The notes: a model not told the origin generated them from the sequence alone. 64,000 bases of DNA from an uncultured Vicinamibacterales bacterium (GCA_964358795.1 CAYHRK010000001.1:1432-65431), one strand, 5' to 3'. Counted from the first letter of the stretch, positions 17,041 to 26,709 are shown. Translations and numbers: made by a program.

Positions 17041-18144
17041 TCACGTCGCGAACCGGACGGTGATGATGTCGCCGTCGACGACGGGGTACTCCTTGCCTTC
17101 GAGGCGAACCTCACCGTGTTCCTTGCACGCGGCCATCGAGCCGCGGGCGATCAGATGGTGGTAGGCCACCACTTCCGCGCGAATGAATCCGCGGGCCAGG
17201 TCGCTGTGGATCTCGCCGGCGGCCATTTGCGCCGCAGTGTTCCTGGCGATCGACCAGGCGCGACATTCGTCATCGCCCACCGTGAAGAACGCGATGTAGC
17301 CCAGCAGGTCGTAACTGGCCCGGATGACACGATCGAGCCCGGATTCGGCCAGACCCAGATCCGCTCGAAACGCCGCCGCGTCGGCCAGGTCCAGTTGGGC
17401 CATTTCGAGCTCGATCTTCGCGCACACCGCCACGACGCCGGTGGCGGGCCCTGACGCAATCGCACCCAGGTCGTACCGGCCGAGCACGCGTTCGAGGCCG
17501 GCCGCCGCGCCGCCAGACAGGTCAGCTTCGTCGACGTTCAGCACCAGCAGCAACGGCTTGGCCGACAGGAACTGGAACCCCCGCAGCCGCTTCCGGTCAT
17601 CGTCGCCAAGTACGAGCGCACGCAGCGGCAGGCCGCCTTCCAGGTGGGCCCGGCACGCCACAAGGACGCCTTGTTCGCGTTCGAGTTCGGTGGTGCGGGT
17701 TTTCTTCAGGTCCTTGGCGAGCCGATCGAGGCGTTTCTCGACCACCGCCAGATCGGCGAGGATCACCTCGTCTTCCATCGCCCGCGCATCCCGCCGGGGA
17801 TCGATCGAGCCGGCCGCGTGGGGAATCGCCGGATCGCTGAAGGCCCGCAGCACGTGGACCAGGGCATCGGCGTTGCGGTACGCCGCCACGTCAAGCAGGG
17901 CCTCGGCCCCCGAACCCGATGGCCGGCCGGGGATGTCGGCGAACTCGACGGTCGCCGGTACCCGCTTTCGGGGATTGAACATGGACGTCAGCACGTCGAG
18001 ACGCGGGTCGGGAACACGCGCGACGCCGACGGTGGCTTCGAGCCTGCCGTGTGCGGCACGAGAGCCGTCATGCGCGCTCGTCATCAACTGGAAGAGCGTC
18101 GACTTGCCGACCGAAAAATAGCCAATTAGGGCGGTTCGAAGCAT
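17041..18144 (-). CDS. ychF: Ribosome-binding/redox-regulated ATPase YchF
   Basis: 367 aa. P-loop GYFSVGKSTLF, a central coiled-coil insert, and the C-terminal TGS-like IHSDLARGFIRAEVVAYHHL...VRLEGKEYPVVDGDIITVRF. Confidence 0.85.
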   Translation of the reverse strand: MLRTALIGYFSVGKSTLFQLMTSAHDGSRAAHGRLEATVGVARVPDPRLDVLTSMFNPRKRVPATVEFADIPGRPSGSGAEALLDVAAYRNADALVHVLRAFSDPAIPHAAGSIDPRRDARAMEDEVILADLAVVEKRLDRLAKDLKKTRTTELEREQGVLVACRAHLEGGLPLRALVLGDDDRKRLRGFQFLSAKPLLLVLNVDEADLSGGAAAGLERVLGRYDLGAIASGPATGVVAVCAKIELEMAQLDLADAAAFRADLGLAESGLDRVIRASYDLLGYIAFFTVGDDECRAWSIARNTAAQMAAGEIHSDLARGFIRAEVVAYHHLIARGSMAACKEHGEVRLEGKEYPVVDGDIITVRFAT

Positions 18145-18306
18145 GCGCAGTCTCGCGAGTAACAGATGGCGGCGTGCCGCCCGAGGCCAGAATTCAACAT
18201 CGTAGCACGCGGATGCGACCTGACATCCTGGTAGGCTGAGCGTTTAAAGGCGAAGAAAAAGCGTAGACCATCACCGCTAACTTCAACAACTGATTGGATT
18301 TTGCGA

Positions 18307-18335
18307 TTGACAAGGTCGCCGCCGTCTCTTAACAT
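18307..18335 (+). promoter_or_regulatory. Candidate sigma-70 promoter of the dcw cluster (TTGACA-N17-TAACAT)
   Basis: TTGACA at 18307-18312, a 17-nt spacer, and TAACAT at 18330-18335. It lies in a locally AT-richer patch about 25 nt upstream of the mraZ start. Confidence 0.5.
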
Positions 18336-18339
18336 CCGG

Positions 18340-18366
18340 GTGGTCTCTGGTGGAGTAAAGTGGACG
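18340..18366 (+). promoter_or_regulatory. Putative MraZ operator: three direct GTGG repeats with exact 10-bp phasing
   Basis: GTGG at 18340, 18350 and 18360 (GTGGTCTCTG GTGGAGTAAA GTGGACG). The third copy reads AAAGTGG and contains the mraZ GTG start codon. The SD GGAG (18352-18355) lies inside the array. Confidence 0.5.
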
Positions 18367-18815
18367 AAATCACAGCTCTTCGCGGGAACGCTCCGGCCAA
18401 GATAGACGAGAAAGGCCGGCTGAAGATCCCCACAGGGTTTCGCACAGTTGTCGAGGCGCAGCATGGCCGCGACGTCTTTGTGACGAGCCTGACCGGTGAA
18501 TCGGTACGAATCTACCCGATGCCGGTGTGGGTTGACATCGAACGCAAGCTGGCACAAATACCAACCACCCACCCTTCTCGCCTGCGCTTCTTCAGCCGCG
18601 TCAACTACTACGGACAAGCCGCCGATCTGGACAACCAGGGCCGCGTGTTGATCCACCAGCGGCTGCGTGAGTCGGCAGGCATGGCGGGCGAGGTGGATGT
18701 GTTTGGCCAGTACGACCATCTCGAAGTGTGGAACCACGAGCGCTTCGTCGCCAAACTCGCGAACGATCCATTCACCGACGAAGACGCCCGCGCGCTGGCG
18801 CAGTTCGGAATCTGA
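18360..18815 (+). CDS. mraZ: Transcriptional regulator MraZ
   Basis: 151 aa with a GTG start. Two MraZ/AbrB-like half domains (KIDEKGRLKIP and DNQGRVLIHQRL). First gene of the dcw cluster. Confidence 0.9.
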   Translation: MDEITALRGNAPAKIDEKGRLKIPTGFRTVVEAQHGRDVFVTSLTGESVRIYPMPVWVDIERKLAQIPTTHPSRLRFFSRVNYYGQAADLDNQGRVLIHQRLRESAGMAGEVDVFGQYDHLEVWNHERFVAKLANDPFTDEDARALAQFGI

Positions 18816-18838
18816 CCAGATCGACGGGTGCCGATTCC

Positions 18839-19720
18839 ATGTCCGTACACGTGCCTGTCATGACCGCCGAGGTCCTGACCTGCCTGTCTCCCGAACGAGG
18901 GGGCACGTACGTCGATTGCACGGTGGGCTTGGGCGGACACGCACGGGCGCTGTTGCAAGGCGGCGCGGCGCGACTGATAGGCCTCGACCGCGACCCCGAC
19001 GCGTTGCATATCGCACGGGAGGCGCTCGCCGAATGGGGCGACCGCGTGGAGTTGGTGCACGCCGACTACAGAGAGCTACCGCGCGTCCTGGACGAACGAG
19101 GGATCGAACTGGTCGACGGCGCCATCGCCGATCTGGGTCTGTCCTCGCTGCAGCTCGACCAGCCCGGGCGCGGATTCAGCTTTCAGCGCGACGAGCCCCT
19201 CGACATGCGGATGGACACGACCGGCGGCCTGACAGCGGCGGACCTGATCGCACGGGCCAGCGAAGTGGAGCTGGCCGACGCGATCTACCACCTGGGCGAG
19301 GAACGGCGTGCGCGGGCCGTCGCGCGGGCCATTGTCGCGACCAGGGGTGCGGCACCCATCCGCACCACCGGACAGCTGGCCTCGCTGGTCCGTCGCGTGG
19401 TGCGGCAGAGCGGGCGGATCGATCCCGCGACGCGCACCTTCCAGGGCATTCGAATCTGGGTGAACGCAGAACTGGAACGGCTCGAAGCCTTCCTGCGCGC
19501 CCTCTGCGCCCGGCTGCGCATCGAAGCGCGGTTCGCGGTCATCACGTTCCACTCGCTCGAGGATCGGCCCGTGAAACACACCTTCCGGGCCATCACGCAA
19601 GAACAGCGGCAGGAGTTCCGCCTGGTGACGAGGAAGTCGATCGTGCCGGGCGACGACGAGGTGCGGCGCAACCCGCGCGCGCGCAGTGCGCGGCTTCGCG
19701 CCATCGAACGGATTGGGTGA
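18839..19720 (+). CDS. rsmH: 16S rRNA (cytosine1402-N4)-methyltransferase RsmH
   Basis: 293 aa from ATG at 18839 (MSVHVPVMTAEVL). Motifs GGTYVDCTVGLGGHA, DLGLSSLQLD, ITFHSLEDR. Confidence 0.9.
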   Translation: MSVHVPVMTAEVLTCLSPERGGTYVDCTVGLGGHARALLQGGAARLIGLDRDPDALHIAREALAEWGDRVELVHADYRELPRVLDERGIELVDGAIADLGLSSLQLDQPGRGFSFQRDEPLDMRMDTTGGLTAADLIARASEVELADAIYHLGEERRARAVARAIVATRGAAPIRTTGQLASLVRRVVRQSGRIDPATRTFQGIRIWVNAELERLEAFLRALCARLRIEARFAVITFHSLEDRPVKHTFRAITQEQRQEFRLVTRKSIVPGDDEVRRNPRARSARLRAIERIG

Positions 19721-19725
19721 CGCAC

Positions 19726-20133
19726 ATGGCACCGACTCGCGATGCGGCCGACACCATCGACTTCGCCGTTCAGAAGAGCATTCATAACCACGCCGTGCGC
19801 GAAGTGGATCGTGAGCGCCAACGCGAGATGTGGATCACGGTGTGCGTGATTGCGGGATTCGTCATCGCGGCGTTGGGATCGGTGTGGGCGCCGTCCGAAC
19901 TGTTGCAGCTGGGCTACAAGGTCGAGCAGTTACGTGAGCGGCGCGCGGCCGAGGAGTCCGACAACCGGCAACTGCGTCTCGAATGGGAGACGCTGCGGGC
20001 ACCGGGGCGTATCGAGAGGCTGGCCACCGGCCAGCCACTGAATCTCGTAGCGCCGGGACAGACCGAGGCCATCGTCATTCAGCGCGTCAGGCAAGACGCG
20101 GCGCCATCGCGCGCGCTGGTCGCGCGACGGTAG
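19726..20133 (+). CDS. ftsL: Cell division protein FtsL-like
   Basis: 135 aa from ATG at 19726. A single TM helix (MWITVCVIAGFVIAALGSVW) followed by a coiled-coil-like segment. Sits in the canonical slot between rsmH and ftsI. Confidence 0.7.
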   Translation: MAPTRDAADTIDFAVQKSIHNHAVREVDRERQREMWITVCVIAGFVIAALGSVWAPSELLQLGYKVEQLRERRAAEESDNRQLRLEWETLRAPGRIERLATGQPLNLVAPGQTEAIVIQRVRQDAAPSRALVARR

Positions 20134-20178
20134 GTCGAGCACCTGCGGGGATCTGGCCGGCGCGTCCGGTCTGGAGAC

Positions 20179-22209
20179 ATGGTTGTGGCTGATTCACCTG
20201 AATCCACCTGGCAGTCGATCGTCCGGACGCGCCTGTTCGTGATCGCGACGGTCTTTGTCGTGTGGGCCGTGGCCGTCGAGTCTCGCCTGGTCTGGCTGCA
20301 GGTGTATCAGCACGACCACTTCGTCACGCGGGCGGCGAACCAGCAGAAGAGAACCGCCACCGTGGCTCCCCGCCGTGGCGACATCGTGGACCGGCACGGG
20401 CGTCCACTCGCGATCAGCGTGGATGCCGACACGATTGCCGCGGTTCCCAGGGACATCGACAACCCGCAGGCCACCGTCGACGCGGTGTGCGCGGCGCTTC
20501 AGGACTGCGTGCCCAAGGAGCGGGAGGTGTACCTGCGGCGCCTGCTGCGCACGAACGGGTCGATTTATCTCCGGCGCCAGATCACGTCAGAACAGGCCGC
20601 GCGCGTGACGGCGCTGAAACTGCCTGGCATCGGTCTGGTCACCGAGACCAAGCGGTTCTATCCCAACCGCGAGCTGGCGGCGCACGTGCTCGGCTTCGTC
20701 AACGTGGACAATCACGGCGGGGGCGGAATCGAAGCGGCCTACGACTCTCGCATCAGCGGGTTGCCGGGCAAGATCCTGATCGAAACCGACGGGAAGCGTC
20801 ACGCCTACCGGGCTATGGAACAGCCGCCCACCGCGGGCGCGACCGTCGAACTGACACTCGACGCCTATCTGCAGCACATGGTGGAGCGCGAACTCCACGC
20901 GGGCATCATCGCAAGCCGAGCCGCCGCCGGGACGGCCCTCATGATGAATCCGCGCACGGGTGAAATCCTGGCGCTCGCCAACGAGCCTACCTTCAACCCC
21001 AACGCCATCCGCGATGCGAAACAAGACCATCTCCGCAACCGGGCCGTGGCGGAGATCTACGAACCCGGCTCGACCTTCAAGGTCGTCACGGCCTCGGCGG
21101 CGATCGAAGAGCAGATGTTCCGCTCCAACGATCCGATTGACGTCAGCGCCGGCTCCATCCGCATCGGCTCCCGCGTCGTGAATGACGATCATCGGATTGC
21201 CGGCGAGCTCAGCTTTACCGACGTGATCGTCAAGTCGAGCAACGTCGGCGCCATCAAAGTCGGGTTAACGCTGGGTGCCGAGCGGCTGGGTCGCTATGTG
21301 CGCCGCTTCGGGTTCGGTGCGAAGCTGTGCCCGGACGTTGCCGGCGAAACGCCGGGCCGATTGTCGGACCCGGGCCAGTGGACCGAGAGCACGCTGGCCT
21401 CGGTCTCGATGGGCTACGAGATCGGCGTCTCGCCGCTGCAGATGGCCACCGCCGTGTCGTCGGTCGCCAACGGCGGCCTGCTCATTCAGCCACGCATCGT
21501 CCGAGCGCTGCGGACCGGGACCGGGCGTCGCGAAATCGAACCCAACGAAATGCGTCGTTCCATCAACCCGGACACGTCTGCCGAGCTGACCACCATCATG
21601 GAGCAAGTGGTGGAGCGCGGCACCGGCACGAAGGCGCAGATCCCGGGCTACACGATTGCCGGCAAGACGGGAACGGCGGGAAAGGTGGTCAAGGGCGGGT
21701 ACTCGAAAACCGACTACTTCGCCTCGTTCGTGGGCTTCGCGCCGTCGCGTGAGCCCGCCTTCACCATCCTCGTCGTGATCGATTCGCCCCACGCCGGGTC
21801 CATCTACGGTGGTACGGTTGCCGCACCCATCTTCAAGCGCATCGCCGAGGCGGCCCTCCGCCATCTTGGGATCGCGCCCACCTTGAATCCCGCGCCGCCC
21901 GTCATCGTGACCGCCTCGTCTGGTCCCGGCCAGGTCACCCGAGCGGTCGCCGCCGCGTCGGTGCCGGTCCGGAGCACCGGCAGGGACGTGGTGACCGGCC
22001 CGCCAACGGTGCCCGATGTGCGCGGCCTTGGCGCGCGCGAGGCGATCGTGCGCCTGGCGCGGCTGGGCCTGTTCGCGCGCGTGACGGGCGACGGCGTGGT
22101 GATCGATCAGGATCCGGCCGCCGGCGCCCCGCTGCAACCAGGAGCCGCGTGTCGGCTGTGGCTCGATCGTGTCGTGATGATTCCGCCGCCGGCGTCCATC
22201 CAGCCATGA
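20179..22209 (+). CDS. ftsI: Peptidoglycan D,D-transpeptidase FtsI (class B PBP) with C-terminal PASTA domain
   Basis: 676 aa. N-terminal TM helix. Transpeptidase motifs STFK (EPGSTFKV), SSN (KSSNVG) and KTG (GKTGTA). PASTA-like tail VPDVRGLGAREAIVRLARLGLFARVTGDGVVIDQDPAAG. Confidence 0.9.
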   Translation: MVVADSPESTWQSIVRTRLFVIATVFVVWAVAVESRLVWLQVYQHDHFVTRAANQQKRTATVAPRRGDIVDRHGRPLAISVDADTIAAVPRDIDNPQATVDAVCAALQDCVPKEREVYLRRLLRTNGSIYLRRQITSEQAARVTALKLPGIGLVTETKRFYPNRELAAHVLGFVNVDNHGGGGIEAAYDSRISGLPGKILIETDGKRHAYRAMEQPPTAGATVELTLDAYLQHMVERELHAGIIASRAAAGTALMMNPRTGEILALANEPTFNPNAIRDAKQDHLRNRAVAEIYEPGSTFKVVTASAAIEEQMFRSNDPIDVSAGSIRIGSRVVNDDHRIAGELSFTDVIVKSSNVGAIKVGLTLGAERLGRYVRRFGFGAKLCPDVAGETPGRLSDPGQWTESTLASVSMGYEIGVSPLQMATAVSSVANGGLLIQPRIVRALRTGTGRREIEPNEMRRSINPDTSAELTTIMEQVVERGTGTKAQIPGYTIAGKTGTAGKVVKGGYSKTDYFASFVGFAPSREPAFTILVVIDSPHAGSIYGGTVAAPIFKRIAEAALRHLGIAPTLNPAPPVIVTASSGPGQVTRAVAAASVPVRSTGRDVVTGPPTVPDVRGLGAREAIVRLARLGLFARVTGDGVVIDQDPAAGAPLQPGAACRLWLDRVVMIPPPASIQP

Positions 22210-23762
22210 CGCTACGCGACCTCCTCAGCGCGCTCGAGCCGTGCGATACGGACACCGGCACACCCGTCTCGATGGACAGCAGCGCCGTCTGGTCGCAAGA
22301 GGTCGCCGGCGTGGCCTACGATTCTCGAAACGTCAGGCCGGCCACGCTCTTTGTCGGATTGCGGGGCCAGCATGCCGACGGATCGACCTTCGCCGGCCAG
22401 GCCATCGCCAGCGGCGCGATCGCGGTGGTCTCCGAGCAGGCGCCCCCCGCGGCTACCGCCGTCCCATGGGTGCGCGTACGAGACGGGCGGCTGGCGTTGG
22501 CCCGCCTGGCAGCGGGTTTCTACGGTCATCCCAGCCGCGCGATGCAGGTGGTGGGCATCACGGGGACCAACGGCAAGACCACGACCGCGTACCTGGTCCG
22601 CGACGTGCTCGAGGCCGGCGGGCTTCGATGCGGGCTGCTCGGCACCGTGCAGTACCGCATTGGTTCAGAGGTGCGCGAGGCGTCGCGCACGACACCCGAG
22701 GCGGTCGACCTGCAGCAGATGCTGCGCGACATGGCCGACGCCGGCTGCCGCGCCTGCGCGATGGAAGTCTCCTCGCACGCGCTCGCGTTGAGACGGGTGG
22801 ACCAGACCCGGTTTGCCGCCGGCGTCTTCACCAACTTGACGCGCGACCACCTCGATTTCCATCAGGATCTGGAGCGCTACTTCGCCGCCAAACGCCGGTT
22901 GTTCGATCTGCTGCCGCCTGGCGCCCCCGCCATCCTCAATGCCGACGACCCGCGCGTCGCCGCGCTGGCGACCGAACGGTCGGCAGCGATCACGTATGGC
23001 ATCAGTCAGACGGCCGACCTCCGGCCGGTGTCCTTACCCGACTCACTGATGGCCCTGTCGTTCGACGTGCGAACACCGGCCGGCATCTTGGCGATCCGGT
23101 CTCGCCTGGCGGGCCTCTTCAACGTCTACAACCTACTGGCCGCCGCGGCGACGGGCGTCGGCCTGGGTCTGCCGCTTCCCGCGATCGAGGCCGGGCTGGC
23201 GGCCCTCACCGACGTGCCTGGCCGGTTTCAGGTGGTGTCGTCAGCCGGCGATGACATCGCCGTCATCGTCGACTACGCCCACACCGACGATGCCTTGAAA
23301 AACCTGCTGGAGGCGGCGCGGCCGCTGGCCGCCGCTCGGCTGATCACCGTGTTTGGCTGTGGCGGCGACCGCGATCGCACCAAGCGGCCGCTGATGGGTG
23401 CGGTAGCCGCGCGGCTGAGCGACCTGGTGGTGCTGACGTCCGACAATCCACGATCGGAAGATCCGGATCTGATCATCGACGACATCGAACGGGGCATCGC
23501 GCCTGCACCCGATCGAACCCGGCCATCAGCCGGCGCGCCGCCGTCGGCGCGCGACCGGGCAGGCACGCCGCGGTTGCGCGTGACCGATCGGCGGGCGGCG
23601 ATCGCGCGAGCGATCGGTGACGCCGGCACAGGCGATCTGGTGGTGATAGCCGGCAAGGGTCACGAGCAGTCCCAGGTTCTGCGCGATCGGGTGCTGCCGT
23701 TCGACGACGTGGCGGTTGCGCGCGAGGAGCTGTCCCGGCGTCGTGTGGAGGTCGCACGGTGA
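22206..23762 (+). CDS. murE: UDP-N-acetylmuramoyl-L-alanyl-D-glutamate--2,6-diaminopimelate ligase
   Basis: 518 aa from ATG at 22206 (ATGA overlap with the ftsI stop). Motifs GITGTNGKTTT and DNPRSEDP (a DNPR meso-DAP-type determinant). Confidence 0.9.
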   Translation: MTLRDLLSALEPCDTDTGTPVSMDSSAVWSQEVAGVAYDSRNVRPATLFVGLRGQHADGSTFAGQAIASGAIAVVSEQAPPAATAVPWVRVRDGRLALARLAAGFYGHPSRAMQVVGITGTNGKTTTAYLVRDVLEAGGLRCGLLGTVQYRIGSEVREASRTTPEAVDLQQMLRDMADAGCRACAMEVSSHALALRRVDQTRFAAGVFTNLTRDHLDFHQDLERYFAAKRRLFDLLPPGAPAILNADDPRVAALATERSAAITYGISQTADLRPVSLPDSLMALSFDVRTPAGILAIRSRLAGLFNVYNLLAAAATGVGLGLPLPAIEAGLAALTDVPGRFQVVSSAGDDIAVIVDYAHTDDALKNLLEAARPLAAARLITVFGCGGDRDRTKRPLMGAVAARLSDLVVLTSDNPRSEDPDLIIDDIERGIAPAPDRTRPSAGAPPSARDRAGTPRLRVTDRRAAIARAIGDAGTGDLVVIAGKGHEQSQVLRDRVLPFDDVAVAREELSRRRVEVAR

Positions 23763-25171
23763 GCGCCCGTGTAGAACTGACCGCCGCCTCGGTGGCCGCA
23801 GCCATGTCGGGCGCGTTGCTGTCCGGATCGCCATCGGCGCCGATTGGCGACGTCTCGATTGATTCACGCACGCTCGGTCCTGGCAGTCTCTTTGTCGCCA
23901 TTTTGGGCGAGCGGTTCGATGGGCACCGCTTCGTCGGCGCGGCGCTGGGATCGGGCGCCTGCGGTGTGGTGGTGTCGGAGCTGTCGGCGGTGCCGCCCGC
24001 CGCGACACAGACGGCCATCGTGATTCACGTGGCCGACACGACGCGCGCGTTGCAGGCGCTCTCACAATCGGTGCGCCGCAGGTCTGGCGCCAAGGTCGTG
24101 GCTGTCACCGGGAGCGCAGGCAAGACCACGACCAAGGAGGTCGCGGCTGAGTTGCTCGCCACGCGCTACCGGGTGTTCCGGACCAAGGGCAACTTCAATA
24201 ACCACATCGGGCTGCCGTTGTCGCTGCTGGAGTTGCGCGACGGCCCCGACATCGCCGTGGTGGAACTGGGCATGAGCCACGCCGGCGAGATTCGGATGCT
24301 GGTTGGACTGGCCGAGCCAGACGTGCGCGTGTGGACCAACGTCGCCGAGGTGCACGCCGCGTATTTCAGCTCCATCGACGCCATCGCGGACGCGAAGGCC
24401 GAAATCCTGGACGGCGCCACATCCGACACGGTGGTGGTCGCCAACGCCGCCGACGCGCGGGTGATGGTTCGCGTGCGCGGGTGTGCCGCTCGGATCGTGA
24501 CGTTCGGCGTGGAGGTGGACGCCGACGTGTCGGCCAGCGGCGTTGTCGATGCCGGCATCGGAGGCACGACGGCCACCGTGTCCACGCCGGCTGGCCGGGC
24601 CGAATTCCGCGTGCCGCTGGTCGGCCGCGGGCATCTGTCCAACGTCCTGGCGGCGACGGCGGTCGCGCTGCAGTTCGGCGTGCCGATTGAAGACATCGCC
24701 GCGCGAGTCTCCGGGCTCACCCCGGCCCCGCGGCGCGGCGAGGTGTGGCGGCTGCGAGACGACGTGGTGCTCGTCGACGATTCGTACAACTCGAATCCGG
24801 TCGCGCTGGAACGCATGCTCGACGTTCTGGGTGCAAGCGATCTCGCTCGACGCCGTGTGGCCGTGCTGGGCGAGATGCTCGAACTGGGTGCGCAGTCCGT
24901 TGCGTGGCACCAAGCGTGTGGCGCCGCGGCGGCCCGCGCCGGCGTGTCGGTGCTGGTTGCGGTTGGCGGACTGGCGGCGCGGGCCATGGCGACGGCCGCC
25001 ACCGAGGCTGGGATGGATCCGGCCGCCGTTCTGCACGTGGAGACCAGTGAAGAAGCGGCCGCCCATGTCGCGCATCTGCTGCGGGCAGGAGACATCGTGT
25101 TGGTGAAGGGGTCGCGAGCGATCCGTACGGACCTTGTGGCGGACCGGGTGAAAGCAGAACGGGCCTCATGA
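23759..25171 (+). CDS. murF: UDP-N-acetylmuramoyl-tripeptide--D-alanyl-D-alanine ligase
   Basis: 470 aa. GTG start in a GTGA overlap with the murE stop. Motifs VTGSAGKTTTKE and DDSYNSNP. Confidence 0.9.
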   Translation: MSARVELTAASVAAAMSGALLSGSPSAPIGDVSIDSRTLGPGSLFVAILGERFDGHRFVGAALGSGACGVVVSELSAVPPAATQTAIVIHVADTTRALQALSQSVRRRSGAKVVAVTGSAGKTTTKEVAAELLATRYRVFRTKGNFNNHIGLPLSLLELRDGPDIAVVELGMSHAGEIRMLVGLAEPDVRVWTNVAEVHAAYFSSIDAIADAKAEILDGATSDTVVVANAADARVMVRVRGCAARIVTFGVEVDADVSASGVVDAGIGGTTATVSTPAGRAEFRVPLVGRGHLSNVLAATAVALQFGVPIEDIAARVSGLTPAPRRGEVWRLRDDVVLVDDSYNSNPVALERMLDVLGASDLARRRVAVLGEMLELGAQSVAWHQACGAAAARAGVSVLVAVGGLAARAMATAATEAGMDPAAVLHVETSEEAAAHVAHLLRAGDIVLVKGSRAIRTDLVADRVKAERAS

Positions 25172-25196
25172 GGACGGCGTGCAGGAGCCAATCGGC

Positions 25197-26585
25197 ATGA
25201 GCGAGTTCAGCGTGCGTGGAACGCGAGTCGTGGTGGTGGGCGGCGCCGCCAGCGGCACGGCCGCCGCCCGCCTGCTCGCCGAGCGCGGCGCGCGCGTCAC
25301 GCTGACGGACGTGCGGCCGGCCATCGACGGCCAGGATGCCCTGCGGCTGATCGGCGTCGATCTGGTGCTTGGCGCCAATCCGCCCGACCTGTTAGCCCAC
25401 GCCGGTCTGGTGATCGTGAGCCCCGGAGTGCCCCTCACACACCCGGCCATCCAAGCCGCCCGACAGTGCGGCGTGCCCGTGCTGGGCGAAATCGAACTGG
25501 CATCACGCTGGCTTCGAGGCCGCATGGTGGCGATTACCGGGACCAAGGGGAAATCGACGACGACCGCCTTGACGGGTCGCATCCTGGCGCAGGCCGGATT
25601 CGACGCACCAGTTGGCGGCAACATCGGCACGCCGCTGTCGTCGTACGTGAGCGCCTCTCGCCCCGACACGATCCACGTGGTGGAGGTGAGCAGCTTCCAA
25701 CTGGAAACGACCGACACGTTTCACCCCTGGATTGCGGCGCTGCTCAATGTGACGGCCGACCATCTCGACCGTTACGCGAATCTGCAGGAGTACGCGCGTG
25801 CCAAGGCCCGAATCTTTGCACAGCAGACCGAAGCGGACTGGGCCGTAGTGAATGCCGACGATCCGCAGACGCTGGCCCTGGCCAGCCAGGGGCGCGCACG
25901 GCAGACCGCCTTTGCCAGACATGCCGCGATCGACGCCGGCGTCACGGTCGATCACGATTGGGTCGTGGAGGTGGCCGGTGGCACATCGACGCATCTGGTG
26001 CACACATCGGATGTGCGCCTGATCGGACAGCACCTGTTGTCGGATGTGCTGGCGGCGGCCGCCATCGCGCGGCTGGCCGGGGTGTCTGCCGAGGCGATCG
26101 CGCAGGCCGTCTCGTCGTTTCGCGGCCTCGAACACGCCATGGAATGGGTGGACGACATCCGCGGCGTGCGGTTCGTGAACGACTCGAAGGCCACCAACGT
26201 GGACGCGGCGGCGCAGGCGATTGAGACGTTCGAGCCAGGGCTGGTGGTGATCATGGGCGGCAAGTTCAAGGGGGGCGACCTGCGCACGCTTCGACCGCGC
26301 CTGGCGTCGCGGATGGCCACGGTGGTCGCGATTGGAGAAGCCCGGCCACTGATTCACGACGCCTTTGACGGCGGTGTGACGGTGGTCGACGCCACCACGA
26401 TGGCCGACGCCGTGCGGGCCGCCTTCGCCGCGGCGTCGCCTGGTGCCAGCGTACTGCTGGCCCCGGCGTGCGCCAGTTTCGACATGTTCGAGAACTACGC
26501 GGCGCGCGGCCTGGCGTTCAAGGCAGAGGTGGCGCGGCTGCGGGTGGAGCGTGGAGAGGGAGGCCGCATCGTGACAACGGCGTGA
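25197..26585 (+). CDS. murD: UDP-N-acetylmuramoylalanine--D-glutamate ligase
   Basis: ATG at 25197 preceded by GGAG (25183-25186); the track start is GTG at 25179. Motifs VVVGGAASGTAAARLL and ITGTKGKSTTTAL. Follows murF directly, with no mraY between them. Confidence 0.9.
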   Translation: MSEFSVRGTRVVVVGGAASGTAAARLLAERGARVTLTDVRPAIDGQDALRLIGVDLVLGANPPDLLAHAGLVIVSPGVPLTHPAIQAARQCGVPVLGEIELASRWLRGRMVAITGTKGKSTTTALTGRILAQAGFDAPVGGNIGTPLSSYVSASRPDTIHVVEVSSFQLETTDTFHPWIAALLNVTADHLDRYANLQEYARAKARIFAQQTEADWAVVNADDPQTLALASQGRARQTAFARHAAIDAGVTVDHDWVVEVAGGTSTHLVHTSDVRLIGQHLLSDVLAAAAIARLAGVSAEAIAQAVSSFRGLEHAMEWVDDIRGVRFVNDSKATNVDAAAQAIETFEPGLVVIMGGKFKGGDLRTLRPRLASRMATVVAIGEARPLIHDAFDGGVTVVDATTMADAVRAAFAAASPGASVLLAPACASFDMFENYAARGLAFKAEVARLRVERGEGGRIVTTA

Positions 26586-26709
26586 GCCGTGAGCAGTCGT
26601 CAGTCGGCTCAAGACGGCATGGAACTGGCTGCTGGGAACCCGCGCCGCCCCGGCGCGGGAAGCTGGTGTCCGTGCCTCTCGGGCTGACTGATGACTGCTG
26701 ACGGCTCAC
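26582..26709. repeat. 128-bp element bounded by a 27/28-bp near-perfect inverted repeat, enclosing a 9-bp GC hairpin
   Basis: Left arm GTGAGCCGTGAGCAGTCGTCAGTCGGC (26582-26608). The reverse complement of the right arm (26682-26709) is GTGAGCCGTCAGCAGTCATCAGTCAGCC. As plus-strand RNA this gives 24 Watson-Crick pairs, 2 G-U pairs and 1 mismatch. Inner hairpin CCCGCGCCG/CGGCGCGGG at 26639-26659. Confidence 0.8.

Noticed and set aside
18126-18737. 203-aa minus-strand ORF spanning the ychF/mraZ intergenic region and mraZ
   Set aside because: It runs antisense through mraZ and through the promoter/operator region, and has no recognisable domain.
26582-26709. Calling the inverted-repeat element a MITE/mobile element
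   Set aside because: It has terminal inverted repeats, but I see no target-site duplication and cannot count copies elsewhere in the genome. It is kept as a repeat/structured element only.
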